Positions 1 through 9,087 of a stretch of DNA of 64,000 bases are shown here, piece after piece. Source of the stretch: a virus (taxonomy: Duplodnaviria > Caudoviricetes); IMG/VR virus record IMGVR_UViG_3300028392_002123. One strand, 5' to 3'. Below the pieces are notes generated by a model. It made no database searches. It saw only the letters and a program-made list of their open reading frames with translations, and was not told where the DNA came from. The stretch's first letter is position 1; each line of letters opens with the position of its first letter. The position numbers and the translations under genes were made by a program.

Positions 1-2982
1 ATTGGGACCATGGATCCGGGTCGAGGTAAAATTATTTGTGAAACTGCCGCTACCGGCAAGTTTATTATCAATGACATTAATTGGAAAAGTGCTGTTGCTC
101 CTAACGCAGAAACATTTACTGCTTATTTGGTAGAAGGAGAACTTAAGATAGTAGAACCTTTGGGATCTAGATTTTTAGATTATCTTCGATTTGCCGCAAT
201 AGACTTGGGAATTATCAATCACTTAGATGCTAGATATTTGTTAGAGATTGAATTCATAAGCCAGGAAACAATTGATCAACCCGCAATAAAATATATTTGG
301 CCTATTATGTTTATCAGTACCGAAGGCCATATAAATGAAAAAGGCAGTGAGTATACAATTAAATTTGTTCATTGTGCTCAACATGCAATGAACAGTCAGG
401 TGCAGCCGATTAAAGAAACGGCCACGGTCAATGATGTCGAAACTCTGGGAAAATATTTTCAAGGCTTGGCCACAGTTTTAGAAAGACAGGAATTTGTCTA
501 TGCCAAGGCAGGACAAAAAGCAGGCAAAGGCACACCATGGCCCGGAGGAGATCATCCAGCAGCCAGTGATAACTTCCACGATGAATATTATTTTGTAGTA
601 GATCCTAGAATGGAAAATTGGACCTTTACTACTAAGGGCAAGGCCGATGCTATTAAAAAAGGCGGCTGGTTTGGACTAAGCACTAGTAAATTTAACATTG
701 AAGCAAGAGCCGGTACTACCTTAAACGCACAGATAACCAAAGTATTGTCCAGTACCAATGAAGCAGATAGTTTGTACACTGAAAATTATAATGCCACTGG
801 ACAAGGTCAAAAAGCCAACAGCGGTAATACTAGTCCTGATAGATTAAAAGAAATCATGGGCAAGATTTATAATTTTGTTCGAGTTGAAACATATACAGTT
901 TATAAAAGCTATGATTATATACGTGGAAGATACGCATGTAAACATGTATTCTTTTTATGGTTAGCCTTAGAACCAAAAATGTATCAATATCCCGATGAGT
1001 TAGATGTTTTAAGTTTACCTGAAAATAGAAAATTAGTTTTAAACAAACTCAAAGCTTATATTCAAGAAGGCCTGTTGTCTAAGTGGTATTATTTTAGTTA
1101 CACTGGTTTGAATACAGAAGTTCTGAAGTTAGATATTGAGTTAAATCAAGCATACTATTTGCCCAGCTTTCCGGTGATCTGGGCCGATAGAGGAAAAACA
1201 GGCCTTGGCGAAATAAATCCCTGGGTCAACAGCAATAAACGATTAAGTCCATTTGCTGTATCGGATAATATGATAGTTCTTAATTCACGTATACAACAAC
1301 TAGAACAAGAACTAAGACAGATAAAAAGTCAAAAACAAGATTCGGGAACTGCACTGAGAATAGCCGCAAAAGAAAAAGCACTATCAGAAGCCACAGCGGC
1401 CCGTGATGCAAAAACATCTGCGTCAAATGGAACAACTAGTACTGCCGGTGCTACCAGCAGGGAAGCATTATTGGCGGCATTGTCTGGATTATACATTGAA
1501 GACATTGATTATCGAGAAGGCCTTAAGACCAGTTTAGAGTTAGCTGAAAATTATCCCTCATTGAGACCTATGATGGCTCCAGACGGTTTTATATCATTGG
1601 CCGACAATCCACGTGCCGAAGCCGAACGTATCATGGATAAAATTTTTAATGTAGCACTTCAAGCCAAAGATTTATTGAACTTAGACATGGAAGTTAGAGG
1701 AGATCCCTATTGGTTTGGACCTCCCAACCTAGGATTCGCTGGCAAGAAAGCATTGATGGAAATAGAAATGCCACCGGCCATGAAAGATAAAATTGTAAAC
1801 AAACTAACTGAAATAGATCCAACATTTCCTGATCGAGGATATAATTGGGGAGAGTCTATAGATAATCATGCAAATTATTATAAGGGCGGGAACCTTGTCT
1901 ACTTACATGTACAGTTACCTAACACAGACAGTACTGCTGATAATCAAAACATGACCTTTGACATCAACGACAGCGTTATAGGTATATATCAAATTTTATT
2001 TGTTGAAAGTTATTTCAGGGATGGAAGATTCACTCAACGAATAAAAGGTGTTAGAGATTTAACAATACCTAGTCAGTTTATTCCTAGAAGTAATGTCAAT
2101 GAAGTAACTGCCAGCGGCAGTCCCACAGACACTACATGGGAAACATTTGTCAAGAGTTCGTTGGAAAGTGATAGACGTGCTGTGGATGATATGAGAGAAC
2201 ATCGTATACAAGCTAACACAGAAAGAATGGAACAGCAAGTTGGTCTAGGCGTTGGCGCACTAACCGGAGAACAAGGTATGGGTGCCGCTGGTAGAGCACC
2301 TAGTAAAATGGCCACAGGCTTGGACGAAGATATAGCCACTGCCAAGACACGTTATGATCTTGCAAGATCTAAGGCAGATTTGCCCACTGTTAAAAATCCA
2401 GTGGAAAATGCAGAACAACTGGTCAAAGACGGATACAGTAAAGATCAGGCTTATAAAATAGCCGCCGATCAATGGGAAAAAGATAAAGCAGACTATTTTG
2501 GCAAGTTAAATCAAGTTACAAAAGATACTTACAAAGGCACCAACGAACAAGACATTACAAAGTATCGTCCCTATGATGCAGACGCCATGTCAAAGGTTGC
2601 CGGCGACGGCGGTCTAGAAGATTGGAAACGTGGCAACACGCAACGTCCTGGTCCATGGGCATTGAACAATCCAGCTGGACTTGGCCAGGACGTTAAAACT
2701 GGCAGATATTATCAGTATCCTACATTAGAAGATGGGCTACGAGCGCAACATGAATATTATAATTATGGCATTGGTGTGCCTGTTGGCAGTACCAGTGCTG
2801 GCGGTACAAAATTGCCAGATAGATATTTGTTGCCCACTGAACAAACAACCTATGATCACAGTATCCTAACAGGGCAATATAAAGCAACAGGCACACAGCC
2901 AGTGACATATAATACACAGCAACAAGTTGATTATATAAAACAACAAAACAATCCTAGACTAGCATCAGGAGGGAAACGATAA
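1..2982 (+). CDS. Baseplate hub-like / tail-associated protein with C-terminal lysozyme-like motif, 5' truncated (first ATG at 10)
   Basis: The frame is open from base 1 (att ggg acc atg). It lies immediately upstream of the gp5-like spike. The LNLDMEVRGDPYWFG ... GIYQILFVESYFRDGRFTQRIKGVR segment resembles large-phage hub proteins. The C-terminus has a NNPAGL...YPTLEDGLRAQHEYY motif. Confidence 0.55.
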   Translation: MGTMDPGRGKIICETAATGKFIINDINWKSAVAPNAETFTAYLVEGELKIVEPLGSRFLDYLRFAAIDLGIINHLDARYLLEIEFISQETIDQPAIKYIWPIMFISTEGHINEKGSEYTIKFVHCAQHAMNSQVQPIKETATVNDVETLGKYFQGLATVLERQEFVYAKAGQKAGKGTPWPGGDHPAASDNFHDEYYFVVDPRMENWTFTTKGKADAIKKGGWFGLSTSKFNIEARAGTTLNAQITKVLSSTNEADSLYTENYNATGQGQKANSGNTSPDRLKEIMGKIYNFVRVETYTVYKSYDYIRGRYACKHVFFLWLALEPKMYQYPDELDVLSLPENRKLVLNKLKAYIQEGLLSKWYYFSYTGLNTEVLKLDIELNQAYYLPSFPVIWADRGKTGLGEINPWVNSNKRLSPFAVSDNMIVLNSRIQQLEQELRQIKSQKQDSGTALRIAAKEKALSEATAARDAKTSASNGTTSTAGATSREALLAALSGLYIEDIDYREGLKTSLELAENYPSLRPMMAPDGFISLADNPRAEAERIMDKIFNVALQAKDLLNLDMEVRGDPYWFGPPNLGFAGKKALMEIEMPPAMKDKIVNKLTEIDPTFPDRGYNWGESIDNHANYYKGGNLVYLHVQLPNTDSTADNQNMTFDINDSVIGIYQILFVESYFRDGRFTQRIKGVRDLTIPSQFIPRSNVNEVTASGSPTDTTWETFVKSSLESDRRAVDDMREHRIQANTERMEQQVGLGVGALTGEQGMGAAGRAPSKMATGLDEDIATAKTRYDLARSKADLPTVKNPVENAEQLVKDGYSKDQAYKIAADQWEKDKADYFGKLNQVTKDTYKGTNEQDITKYRPYDADAMSKVAGDGGLEDWKRGNTQRPGPWALNNPAGLGQDVKTGRYYQYPTLEDGLRAQHEYYNYGIGVPVGSTSAGGTKLPDRYLLPTEQTTYDHSILTGQYKATGTQPVTYNTQQQVDYIKQQNNPRLASGGKR

Positions 2983-5435
2983 TGCCAGTAGCAAATCCCA
3001 ATGGTATAAGATACGTACAAACACAGCATACTACTAACACCGATAAAACAATTGGTCAAGCAAGTAGCGTTGGTGTTTATTTGGCCACAGTCAAGGATAA
3101 CAAAGATATTCAAAACATGGGCCGTTTAAAAGTATGGGTAAAAGATTTTGGTGGCCACCCTGAAGAAGAAGATCGTTGGCTTACTGTCAGCTATGCCAGT
3201 CCATTTGCAGGCAGCACCAGCATTTTCGAACAAGGTAGTAATGTAACAGAATACAGTGATACTATAAAAAGTTATGGTATGTGGTTTGGAACACCTGACA
3301 TCGACACACAGGTCTTGGTTACATTTGCCAGTGGTAGATTGGATCTAGGTTATTGGTTCGCTTGTTTATATCAAACTGGAACTACAGCACCTATACCTGG
3401 CTTACCTTCAGGCCGTACGCACACAGGTGACGACAAAGTAAGAACAAATAAAAATAGAAAAGACAAAGATCCTGATCTAGATAAAAAAGTAGAACATACT
3501 CTACATAAACAATTAGAAAAACAGGGTCTAGACAAAGACCGACTACGAGGCCTAACTACCAGTGGTGCGGCCCGAGAAACACCTAGCCGTGTATATGGTA
3601 TTCTTACCCCGGGCCAGCATCAGTTTGTCATGGATGATGGTGACAAAGATGGTAACAGCAGTAACATTAGACTTCGCACAGTAAATGGAACACAGATATT
3701 ATTAGACGACACAGAAGGACATGTATATGTTATCAGCAAGAATGGTAAGTCATGGATAGAACTCAGTGCCGACGGAAGAATACATTTATACGGTGAAGAT
3801 GATTTTAGCATACACAGTGAATCAAATATTAATATGTATGCAGGCAAAAGTATTAACATGCAGGCCGTTGAAAGCATCAACATACAAGGTGCAGGAACAT
3901 CCATGGTATACGATAGTTCTGGATTAAACACAGTAGTGTCGGGAAATATGGTAGAAGATGTCACTGGTGATGCTAGTATCAAAGCAGGCGGAAATTATCT
4001 AGAGCAGGCCGCAATAATTCACATGAACGGGCCGACATCACCTAGCGGAATAACTCCACAGGCCTATCAATTAATAGCCAATAAATTAGTCACAGAAGCA
4101 ATTATGCCAGTGGTGCCAGAACACGAACCATGGAATGGACACAGTGGATCTATTATACCACAGGGTCCGGGTAATATTAAATTAAAAGAAGATCCTGCTC
4201 CCACACAACCTCCACGTGAGCCTGCACAGGGAGAAAAAGGAATTCCTGTACAGGGAAAACTAGCCGATCCTGCAGATACCACAGCGATTCCTACATCTGT
4301 GGATCAAGCCAAGGCCAGTGATAAAGTTGTTAATGTGATTAAAGATGAAAACGAATATCGAGGATATCCCTATGAAGATGGCAGTGGCACAAGTATTGGC
4401 TATGGAACAGCCGTTGGTGCTACTCAGCCGGTGACTCAACGCTTTGATGACGGATCAACATTGACAACCAATGCCAATGGAACAATGTCTTCAACTCCGT
4501 CAGATCAGTATGAACACTTAACCGGCGAACAAGTTAAAACCACAGCGGCACAACAACAGGATGCTGATAATTATGCTGTGAAAAAACAAGAAGAATTACG
4601 TGCAAAACAAGATGAAACTAATTCTAAATTAAGTCAAGTTTATGCTCAGGGCAATTACTCTGATTTCCCTGCAACTCCAGGATTAACTCCTGACCAAAGA
4701 CTGGCAGTAATAGAAGATGCAAAATCAAAAGGCATACCTACTAGTCAAGCATTGAACAATGCTAATATATTTGGGTATGGTTTACCTCCAACAACCGAAA
4801 TGCAACTACAGAAAGAATTAAATTCTTCTGGGTACATGTCGCCCACAGGTAGAAATGCTGTCAGCAATGAAAATTTATATAACGGTATTACTAGAGATCG
4901 TGCCAATCAACTATTGGCACAGGATATCAGTACCAGCGAACAGGCAGTAAAAAATATGTTAAATGGTGCAGGAGTTACACAAGTAACACCTAGACAATTT
5001 GACGGTCTTGTAAGTATGCATAATCAGCTAGGAGATGCTGGCTATGCCTATGTGGGCAGTGAAAAAATAAACTTGACTAATTTATACGCTAATGGAGAAT
5101 GGGATCGTGCCGCAGGATTTATTGCCGCAGACGAAAGAAACAATCCACGAAGACAGCGCGAAGCTAGCATAATGGTCAACGGAGATTATGGAAACCCGTC
5201 TACCGAAGATCAAATTGTTAATAGAGGCCTTAATAAGACCAATGCTTTATATCAACAAGGTAGATTGAATGAGCAAACAGCTACTACATCTAACTATGGA
5301 CAATTACAGGCCGCGGCCAATAGTTGGCTAGCAGAAAAAGGATTCAATATGCCTGCATTGAATTTTTCACAGAGATTGACCACAACCAATTCAGTGGCCA
5401 CACCGCCTTATGTTAACAGCAAATGGGCTTATTAA
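2982..5435 (+). CDS. gp5: Baseplate central spike (T4 gp5/VgrG-like) with C-terminal GH24-like lysozyme domain
   Basis: N-terminal OB-fold motifs GRLKVWV...SYASPFAG...SYGMWFGTPDIDTQVLVTF; beta-helix-like region HQFVMDD...GTQILLDD...SWIELSADG; lysozyme motifs YPYEDGSGTSIGYG, ITRDRANQLLAQD, RQFDGLVS, RRQREA. Confidence 0.85.
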   Translation: MPVANPNGIRYVQTQHTTNTDKTIGQASSVGVYLATVKDNKDIQNMGRLKVWVKDFGGHPEEEDRWLTVSYASPFAGSTSIFEQGSNVTEYSDTIKSYGMWFGTPDIDTQVLVTFASGRLDLGYWFACLYQTGTTAPIPGLPSGRTHTGDDKVRTNKNRKDKDPDLDKKVEHTLHKQLEKQGLDKDRLRGLTTSGAARETPSRVYGILTPGQHQFVMDDGDKDGNSSNIRLRTVNGTQILLDDTEGHVYVISKNGKSWIELSADGRIHLYGEDDFSIHSESNINMYAGKSINMQAVESINIQGAGTSMVYDSSGLNTVVSGNMVEDVTGDASIKAGGNYLEQAAIIHMNGPTSPSGITPQAYQLIANKLVTEAIMPVVPEHEPWNGHSGSIIPQGPGNIKLKEDPAPTQPPREPAQGEKGIPVQGKLADPADTTAIPTSVDQAKASDKVVNVIKDENEYRGYPYEDGSGTSIGYGTAVGATQPVTQRFDDGSTLTTNANGTMSSTPSDQYEHLTGEQVKTTAAQQQDADNYAVKKQEELRAKQDETNSKLSQVYAQGNYSDFPATPGLTPDQRLAVIEDAKSKGIPTSQALNNANIFGYGLPPTTEMQLQKELNSSGYMSPTGRNAVSNENLYNGITRDRANQLLAQDISTSEQAVKNMLNGAGVTQVTPRQFDGLVSMHNQLGDAGYAYVGSEKINLTNLYANGEWDRAAGFIAADERNNPRRQREASIMVNGDYGNPSTEDQIVNRGLNKTNALYQQGRLNEQTATTSNYGQLQAAANSWLAEKGFNMPALNFSQRLTTTNSVATPPYVNSKWAY

Positions 5436-5812
5436 GCTTGTTTACTTTTTTCGATAAACGGTGTTAGTTCAGGTGCAGTCCAGCCTAGAGGTTTGAGTAC
5501 TTTACCATCTTCACGCTTGCGAACCTTTCCGGTTTCTTTGTCAATCTTAGCAAAGTTAGTACGCATAACTTCTTTCCAAGCACCTTCTGCGTCAAAGCCA
5601 GCACTATGGATAGCACCGATAGTAACAACTAAGATGTCGATTAATGCATCTAATTGTTCTACTAAATCATCAGCGGCCACAGCATCTTTAAGTTCTGTGT
5701 GTTCTTCTTCAATAAGATCCAAGTACATTTTGTACTGTGTAATTGAATAAGCATCGACCTTTTGATCACAGGCCCGCATAAATTTTTCTTGGTCTCTAAA
5801 TGGATTTGTCAT
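5432..5812 (-). CDS. MazG-like / PRA-PH-type all-alpha NTP pyrophosphohydrolase
   Basis: EEHTEL...EQLDALIDILVV...AWKEVMRTNFAK...REDGKVLKP pattern typical of phage MazG-like dNTP pyrophosphatases. Confidence 0.8.
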   Translation of the reverse strand: MTNPFRDQEKFMRACDQKVDAYSITQYKMYLDLIEEEHTELKDAVAADDLVEQLDALIDILVVTIGAIHSAGFDAEGAWKEVMRTNFAKIDKETGKVRKREDGKVLKPLGWTAPELTPFIEKSKQA

Positions 5813-7085
5813 TTTTTAATTTCCTATATAATGGTTCTAGTTCGGGAAACGTTTGTAAAAAGTTTGTCGCCCGTTTAATATCTAATGTATCAACTGCCCG
5901 AATGAATTTATTCTCTATGGTCGAATAATCATAGCCGTTGTCTATATTTTTTAACAGCCCGTTAATGTTAGACACAAATTTACTAACATGGTCGGGTGTT
6001 TTTACTGCATTCAGTATATTCAAAGTTCTATACATTGCCTGCTGTAGTTCATCTCTTAGTTCAGGTACATAACATAAGTTGTGTACATTCCATATAATTG
6101 GTCCTGTAATAAAGTTCCAGCCCAGCACAGATTTGTCAATGATACCGTTTTCCAAGTACCATGTTACCAGTTCGTCCAAGGTCAATATATTGAATAGTGT
6201 AATTGAAGTATCCACGGAACCTTCAACGCCGGCACTGATCAATCTATTATAAGTTTCCAACCACTTTTTGTCTTTGTATCCATATCTAAAATATTCACCT
6301 CTTGCACCAAAATGGTCGTGACTCATGTTTATATAAGCATTGCCCCATGGGCGTATATAATCTTCGATGATGTCTATGTTTTTATATGTTCGCACACTAC
6401 CATTGGTGTGGAACCAAAGCTTGATCTTTTTCTGTAAATTACGCTTCTTTAATTCATCTAATAGAATAAAAGTTTCTTCTTGAAGGAAAGGTTCTCCTCC
6501 ATTAAAATGCAACAGTTCTAAACTATCGGCATTTCTTAGAATGTATTCAATTTTATCGTTGTTATTGATTTTATCTGGATTAGCCCAGTAGTCAAAATTA
6601 TTTTTATCATTCATGTCGTTTAACCAAATGTCAAACGTGTCTTTGTAATTAGATGCAATGGTGCTACTTAAATTAGGCAAACAATGTAAACAGGCAAAGT
6701 TACATTTATTAGTCCATATAATATCAAAGAATTTTAATTTATGATTCTGCAGACTGCCGTCGGTGTTAGTATTTGAAATAGCACTGACAATCACGTTAGT
6801 GGACAGTGAATTACTAAATTCTCTAGGATGTCCAACAGTGACTCCGCTGGCTTCACGTTGCCAACAGCTATCGCAGTCCCGGGGAGATTCTTTGTTTAAA
6901 AATTGCAGACGTGTTTTATTTGCTATGGGACCATTGACAATGGCTTCCATGCTCTGTGTTCTGCTATTACCTAAAACTTCTGTGGTAGCACAACAAAATT
7001 TTACATCGCCATCGGCGCTGGACCATAGTGTGGTCCACGGAGCACTACAAAAACTAGATCCATGTTTTTCAAAAATTTCTTTCAT
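5796..7085 (-). CDS. Radical SAM protein with N-terminal auxiliary Cys cluster (twitch/SPASM-like)
   Basis: CNFACLHC (CX3CX2C), GGEPF and HTNGS; N-terminal FCSAPW...FCC...CDSCW. Confidence 0.85.
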   Translation of the reverse strand: MKEIFEKHGSSFCSAPWTTLWSSADGDVKFCCATTEVLGNSRTQSMEAIVNGPIANKTRLQFLNKESPRDCDSCWQREASGVTVGHPREFSNSLSTNVIVSAISNTNTDGSLQNHKLKFFDIIWTNKCNFACLHCLPNLSSTIASNYKDTFDIWLNDMNDKNNFDYWANPDKINNNDKIEYILRNADSLELLHFNGGEPFLQEETFILLDELKKRNLQKKIKLWFHTNGSVRTYKNIDIIEDYIRPWGNAYINMSHDHFGARGEYFRYGYKDKKWLETYNRLISAGVEGSVDTSITLFNILTLDELVTWYLENGIIDKSVLGWNFITGPIIWNVHNLCYVPELRDELQQAMYRTLNILNAVKTPDHVSKFVSNINGLLKNIDNGYDYSTIENKFIRAVDTLDIKRATNFLQTFPELEPLYRKLKNDKSI

Positions 7086-7312
7086 GCAGAAAGTTTTTCC
7101 ATAAATTCTTCATGCAAGGGTTGATGAGCCACTACTTTAATCCAACCATGATTGACACATTCTAAAATAAGATCGCGATAATTTTCTGGACAACGTTGAC
7201 TAACTTCAAGTGCGGCACGTGGCACAAGAGTGAAACCGTCGGGGCTAAAGGAAAAGTCAGGATCAGATGATTTATAAGTTTTGTAGCGACTGTTAGTGGT
7301 TGAGTAAATCAT
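7082..7312 (-). CDS. Hypothetical phage protein
   Basis: 76-aa ORF with 4-nt overlaps to both neighbours; VPRAALEVSQRCP...GWIK motif. Confidence 0.65.
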   Translation of the reverse strand: MIYSTTNSRYKTYKSSDPDFSFSPDGFTLVPRAALEVSQRCPENYRDLILECVNHGWIKVVAHQPLHEEFMEKLSA

Positions 7313-7539
7313 TTTTTCATAGCGTCCATGATATGTTGCTCGGCAATGTTTTTCTTATTAAGTTCGTAGATTTCCTGAGCTTGGCCGGCCAGACTTTCAA
7401 TTAAACCTTTCATGACTTCTATGCCTTCATCATTTAAATGCGAGTATCTAGGATTAGAACTCATATATCCATACTTTGAATTAGATATACATTCTATCAA
7501 CTGTGTAGCAAGTATATTGCCTAGATTTTCTTTGTTCAT
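7309..7539 (-). CDS. Hypothetical protein; start revised from 7647 to ATG 7539 (MNKENLG)
   Basis: AAGGA Shine-Dalgarno-like sequence precedes the in-frame ATG at 7539; this start removes the overlap with the next ORF. Confidence 0.6.
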   Translation of the reverse strand: MNKENLGNILATQLIECISNSKYGYMSSNPRYSHLNDEGIEVMKGLIESLAGQAQEIYELNKKNIAEQHIMDAMKK

Positions 7540-7579
7540 AATATAGTCCTTTTTCCTAGTATTGTTAAACAGTCTGTCT

Positions 7580-7852
7580 TTAATCTTCCCAAGTATTTTT
7601 TTCATAGTTCCAGTGCTTAATATTGTAAATACGAAAACTAACACCATAGCCGAGTAAGCCTAATGTAACATTGAAGCCGGCGTGATCTTCTTTAATACTC
7701 CAATTAATATCAATGTCAAATAGACTACCTGAATAATACGTATGCTCAAGTTCCCAGGCTTTATTTTTGCCAAACCGCCCAGAGATACAGCCTAAGTTTT
7801 TAAACTTGTCAAAAGGTAAACTAATCTGCGCTCTTAGTGAGATTATTTTCAT
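7580..7852 (-). CDS. Hypothetical phage protein
   Basis: 90-aa ORF, 4-nt overlap with the upstream ORF, same strand as the island. Confidence 0.6.
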   Translation of the reverse strand: MKIISLRAQISLPFDKFKNLGCISGRFGKNKAWELEHTYYSGSLFDIDINWSIKEDHAGFNVTLGLLGYGVSFRIYNIKHWNYEKNTWED

Positions 7853-8034
7853 ACATTGGATCCGCTGGACTTGTGTAATTCAGCAGATTTATCTTCGGTT
7901 AGATTATTGTATTTCCAAAACATCGACTGATGGCCTTGACTGTACAAATAAGTATCGCACAGTAAAAACACAGTCATGAACATCCAAAATCCAAACCATC
8001 CTGTGAATACAAATGTTTTCGGTTCGTTATTCAT
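7849..8034 (-). CDS. Small membrane protein
   Basis: Hydrophobic FVFTGWFGFWMFMTVFLLC segment; coupled to its neighbours by overlap. Confidence 0.55.
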   Translation of the reverse strand: MNNEPKTFVFTGWFGFWMFMTVFLLCDTYLYSQGHQSMFWKYNNLTEDKSAELHKSSGSNV

Positions 8035-8230
8035 TTTTTAACTCCATGTGCGGTGCAATATTATTGTCAAAAATCTGTGCCATTTGTCGCCAAAGGCTTT
8101 GTTGTTCTTCACGAGTCATGCCTGCAATTCCCGGAAACGTATAGCCCCCGTGGTCGGCTTCTTTAAGCAAACCATAATCATGACGCCAGGTATAGCACAT
8201 TGATGTAATAATGTCTTCACGAGTTTTCAT
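8027..8230 (-). CDS. Hypothetical phage protein
   Basis: 67-aa ORF in a chain of overlapping small ORFs. Confidence 0.6.
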   Translation of the reverse strand: MKTREDIITSMCYTWRHDYGLLKEADHGGYTFPGIAGMTREEQQSLWRQMAQIFDNNIAPHMELKNE

Positions 8231-8427
8231 TCTTCAACTCCGAAATGTTTCATTAATGCTTGATAACCGTTTGGACTAGTAGTTGCTTTACCAACAACAT
8301 CGATACATTCCTTGACAATCAACTCGGCGAACTTTTCCAGTGCGGCCTCCCACTTGGCACGATCCTTGCCAAGACCATATATATCAATATGACTTTCTCT
8401 TTCACATTTTCTAATTAGTTCCTTCAT
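8227..8427 (-). CDS. Small phage protein of the EKFAELIV..ECI...HFGVEE family
   Basis: Contains LEKFAELIVKECIDVV and KHFGVEE, a motif pair I recognise from uncultured aquatic phages (recalled, not searched). Confidence 0.65.
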   Translation of the reverse strand: MKELIRKCERESHIDIYGLGKDRAKWEAALEKFAELIVKECIDVVGKATTSPNGYQALMKHFGVEE

Positions 8428-8663
8428 TTATAGGCCTTGATGTCTTTGTGTTTTACAACAACAACATTATAAATTTTATCTTCATATTTAATAGGTAAGT
8501 CCACGTGAACAGTGATCCTTGGACCCTCGATTTCGTTGATTAATGTATCGTTACCCACTGTGCCAACAAATGGAATTTTATTCCAATAACCAAACACACG
8601 ATCTCCAATATGCCAAGTTGGCTTATAAGCGTTCTGTTCAAAATATTCTGTTAAATTTCCCAT
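8424..8663 (-). CDS. Hypothetical phage protein (small beta-barrel/SH3-like pattern)
   Basis: HIGDRVFGYWNKIPFVGTV...ITVHVDLPI pattern; overlaps its neighbours. Confidence 0.55.
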   Translation of the reverse strand: MGNLTEYFEQNAYKPTWHIGDRVFGYWNKIPFVGTVGNDTLINEIEGPRITVHVDLPIKYEDKIYNVVVVKHKDIKAYK

Positions 8664-8884
8664 TACTTTTCCTTACCATAAAATATGTTGATGTTTTTTA
8701 AAGTTCTTTTTGCAAACTCTCCGGATTTATGATCCGGGTACATTCTAGCGATATCATCTAAAGCAGTCCACATTAATTCATGCTCGTTTTTTAAATCGAA
8801 CACTTTGCTACGCAAATTACTAGCATCGATAATGCTAACAATTTTAGTAAGAATAACGGGAATCCATTTAGATAATAAATCCAT
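8663..8884 (-). CDS. Hypothetical protein
   Basis: 73-aa ORF with 1-nt stop/start overlaps on both sides. Confidence 0.55.
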   Translation of the reverse strand: MDLLSKWIPVILTKIVSIIDASNLRSKVFDLKNEHELMWTALDDIARMYPDHKSGEFAKRTLKNINIFYGKEK

Positions 8885-9087
8885 TAAGCCATTCTATCTA
8901 CATTCTGCCCCACAGATTTATTCATCTGTCGGGCTATTTCAAGTCGTTTTTGTTCATTGACTTCTCGGTCATATTTGACACGGCGTTCTTCTAGAACAAG
9001 TTCTTCATGACGCTTGTCTAGTTTTCTAATTTCTGCTTGTTGATACAATTTGAGATTTTGTGCAGTAACACTAGTAATTGCTGTCAT
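8884..9087 (-). CDS. Hypothetical charged coiled-coil protein
   Basis: Preceded by GGAG (AAGGAGAAAA); overlaps the ligase stop; ends GQNVDRMA. Confidence 0.6.
   Translation of the reverse strand: MTAITSVTAQNLKLYQQAEIRKLDKRHEELVLEERRVKYDREVNEQKRLEIARQMNKSVGQNVDRMA

Noticed and set aside
4420-4870. Intein or intron in the gp5 lysozyme domain
   Set aside because: There is no C/S start with HN-C/S/T end, no LAGLIDADG/HNH motif and no frame break; it is an ordinary in-frame insertion.
241-5750. Antisense or alternate-frame ORFs of 60-120 aa inside the hub, spike and MazG genes (e.g. 2073-2345, 3620-3982, 5493-5750)
   Set aside because: They are fully nested in long motif-bearing genes, with no RBS or motifs; these are shadow ORFs.
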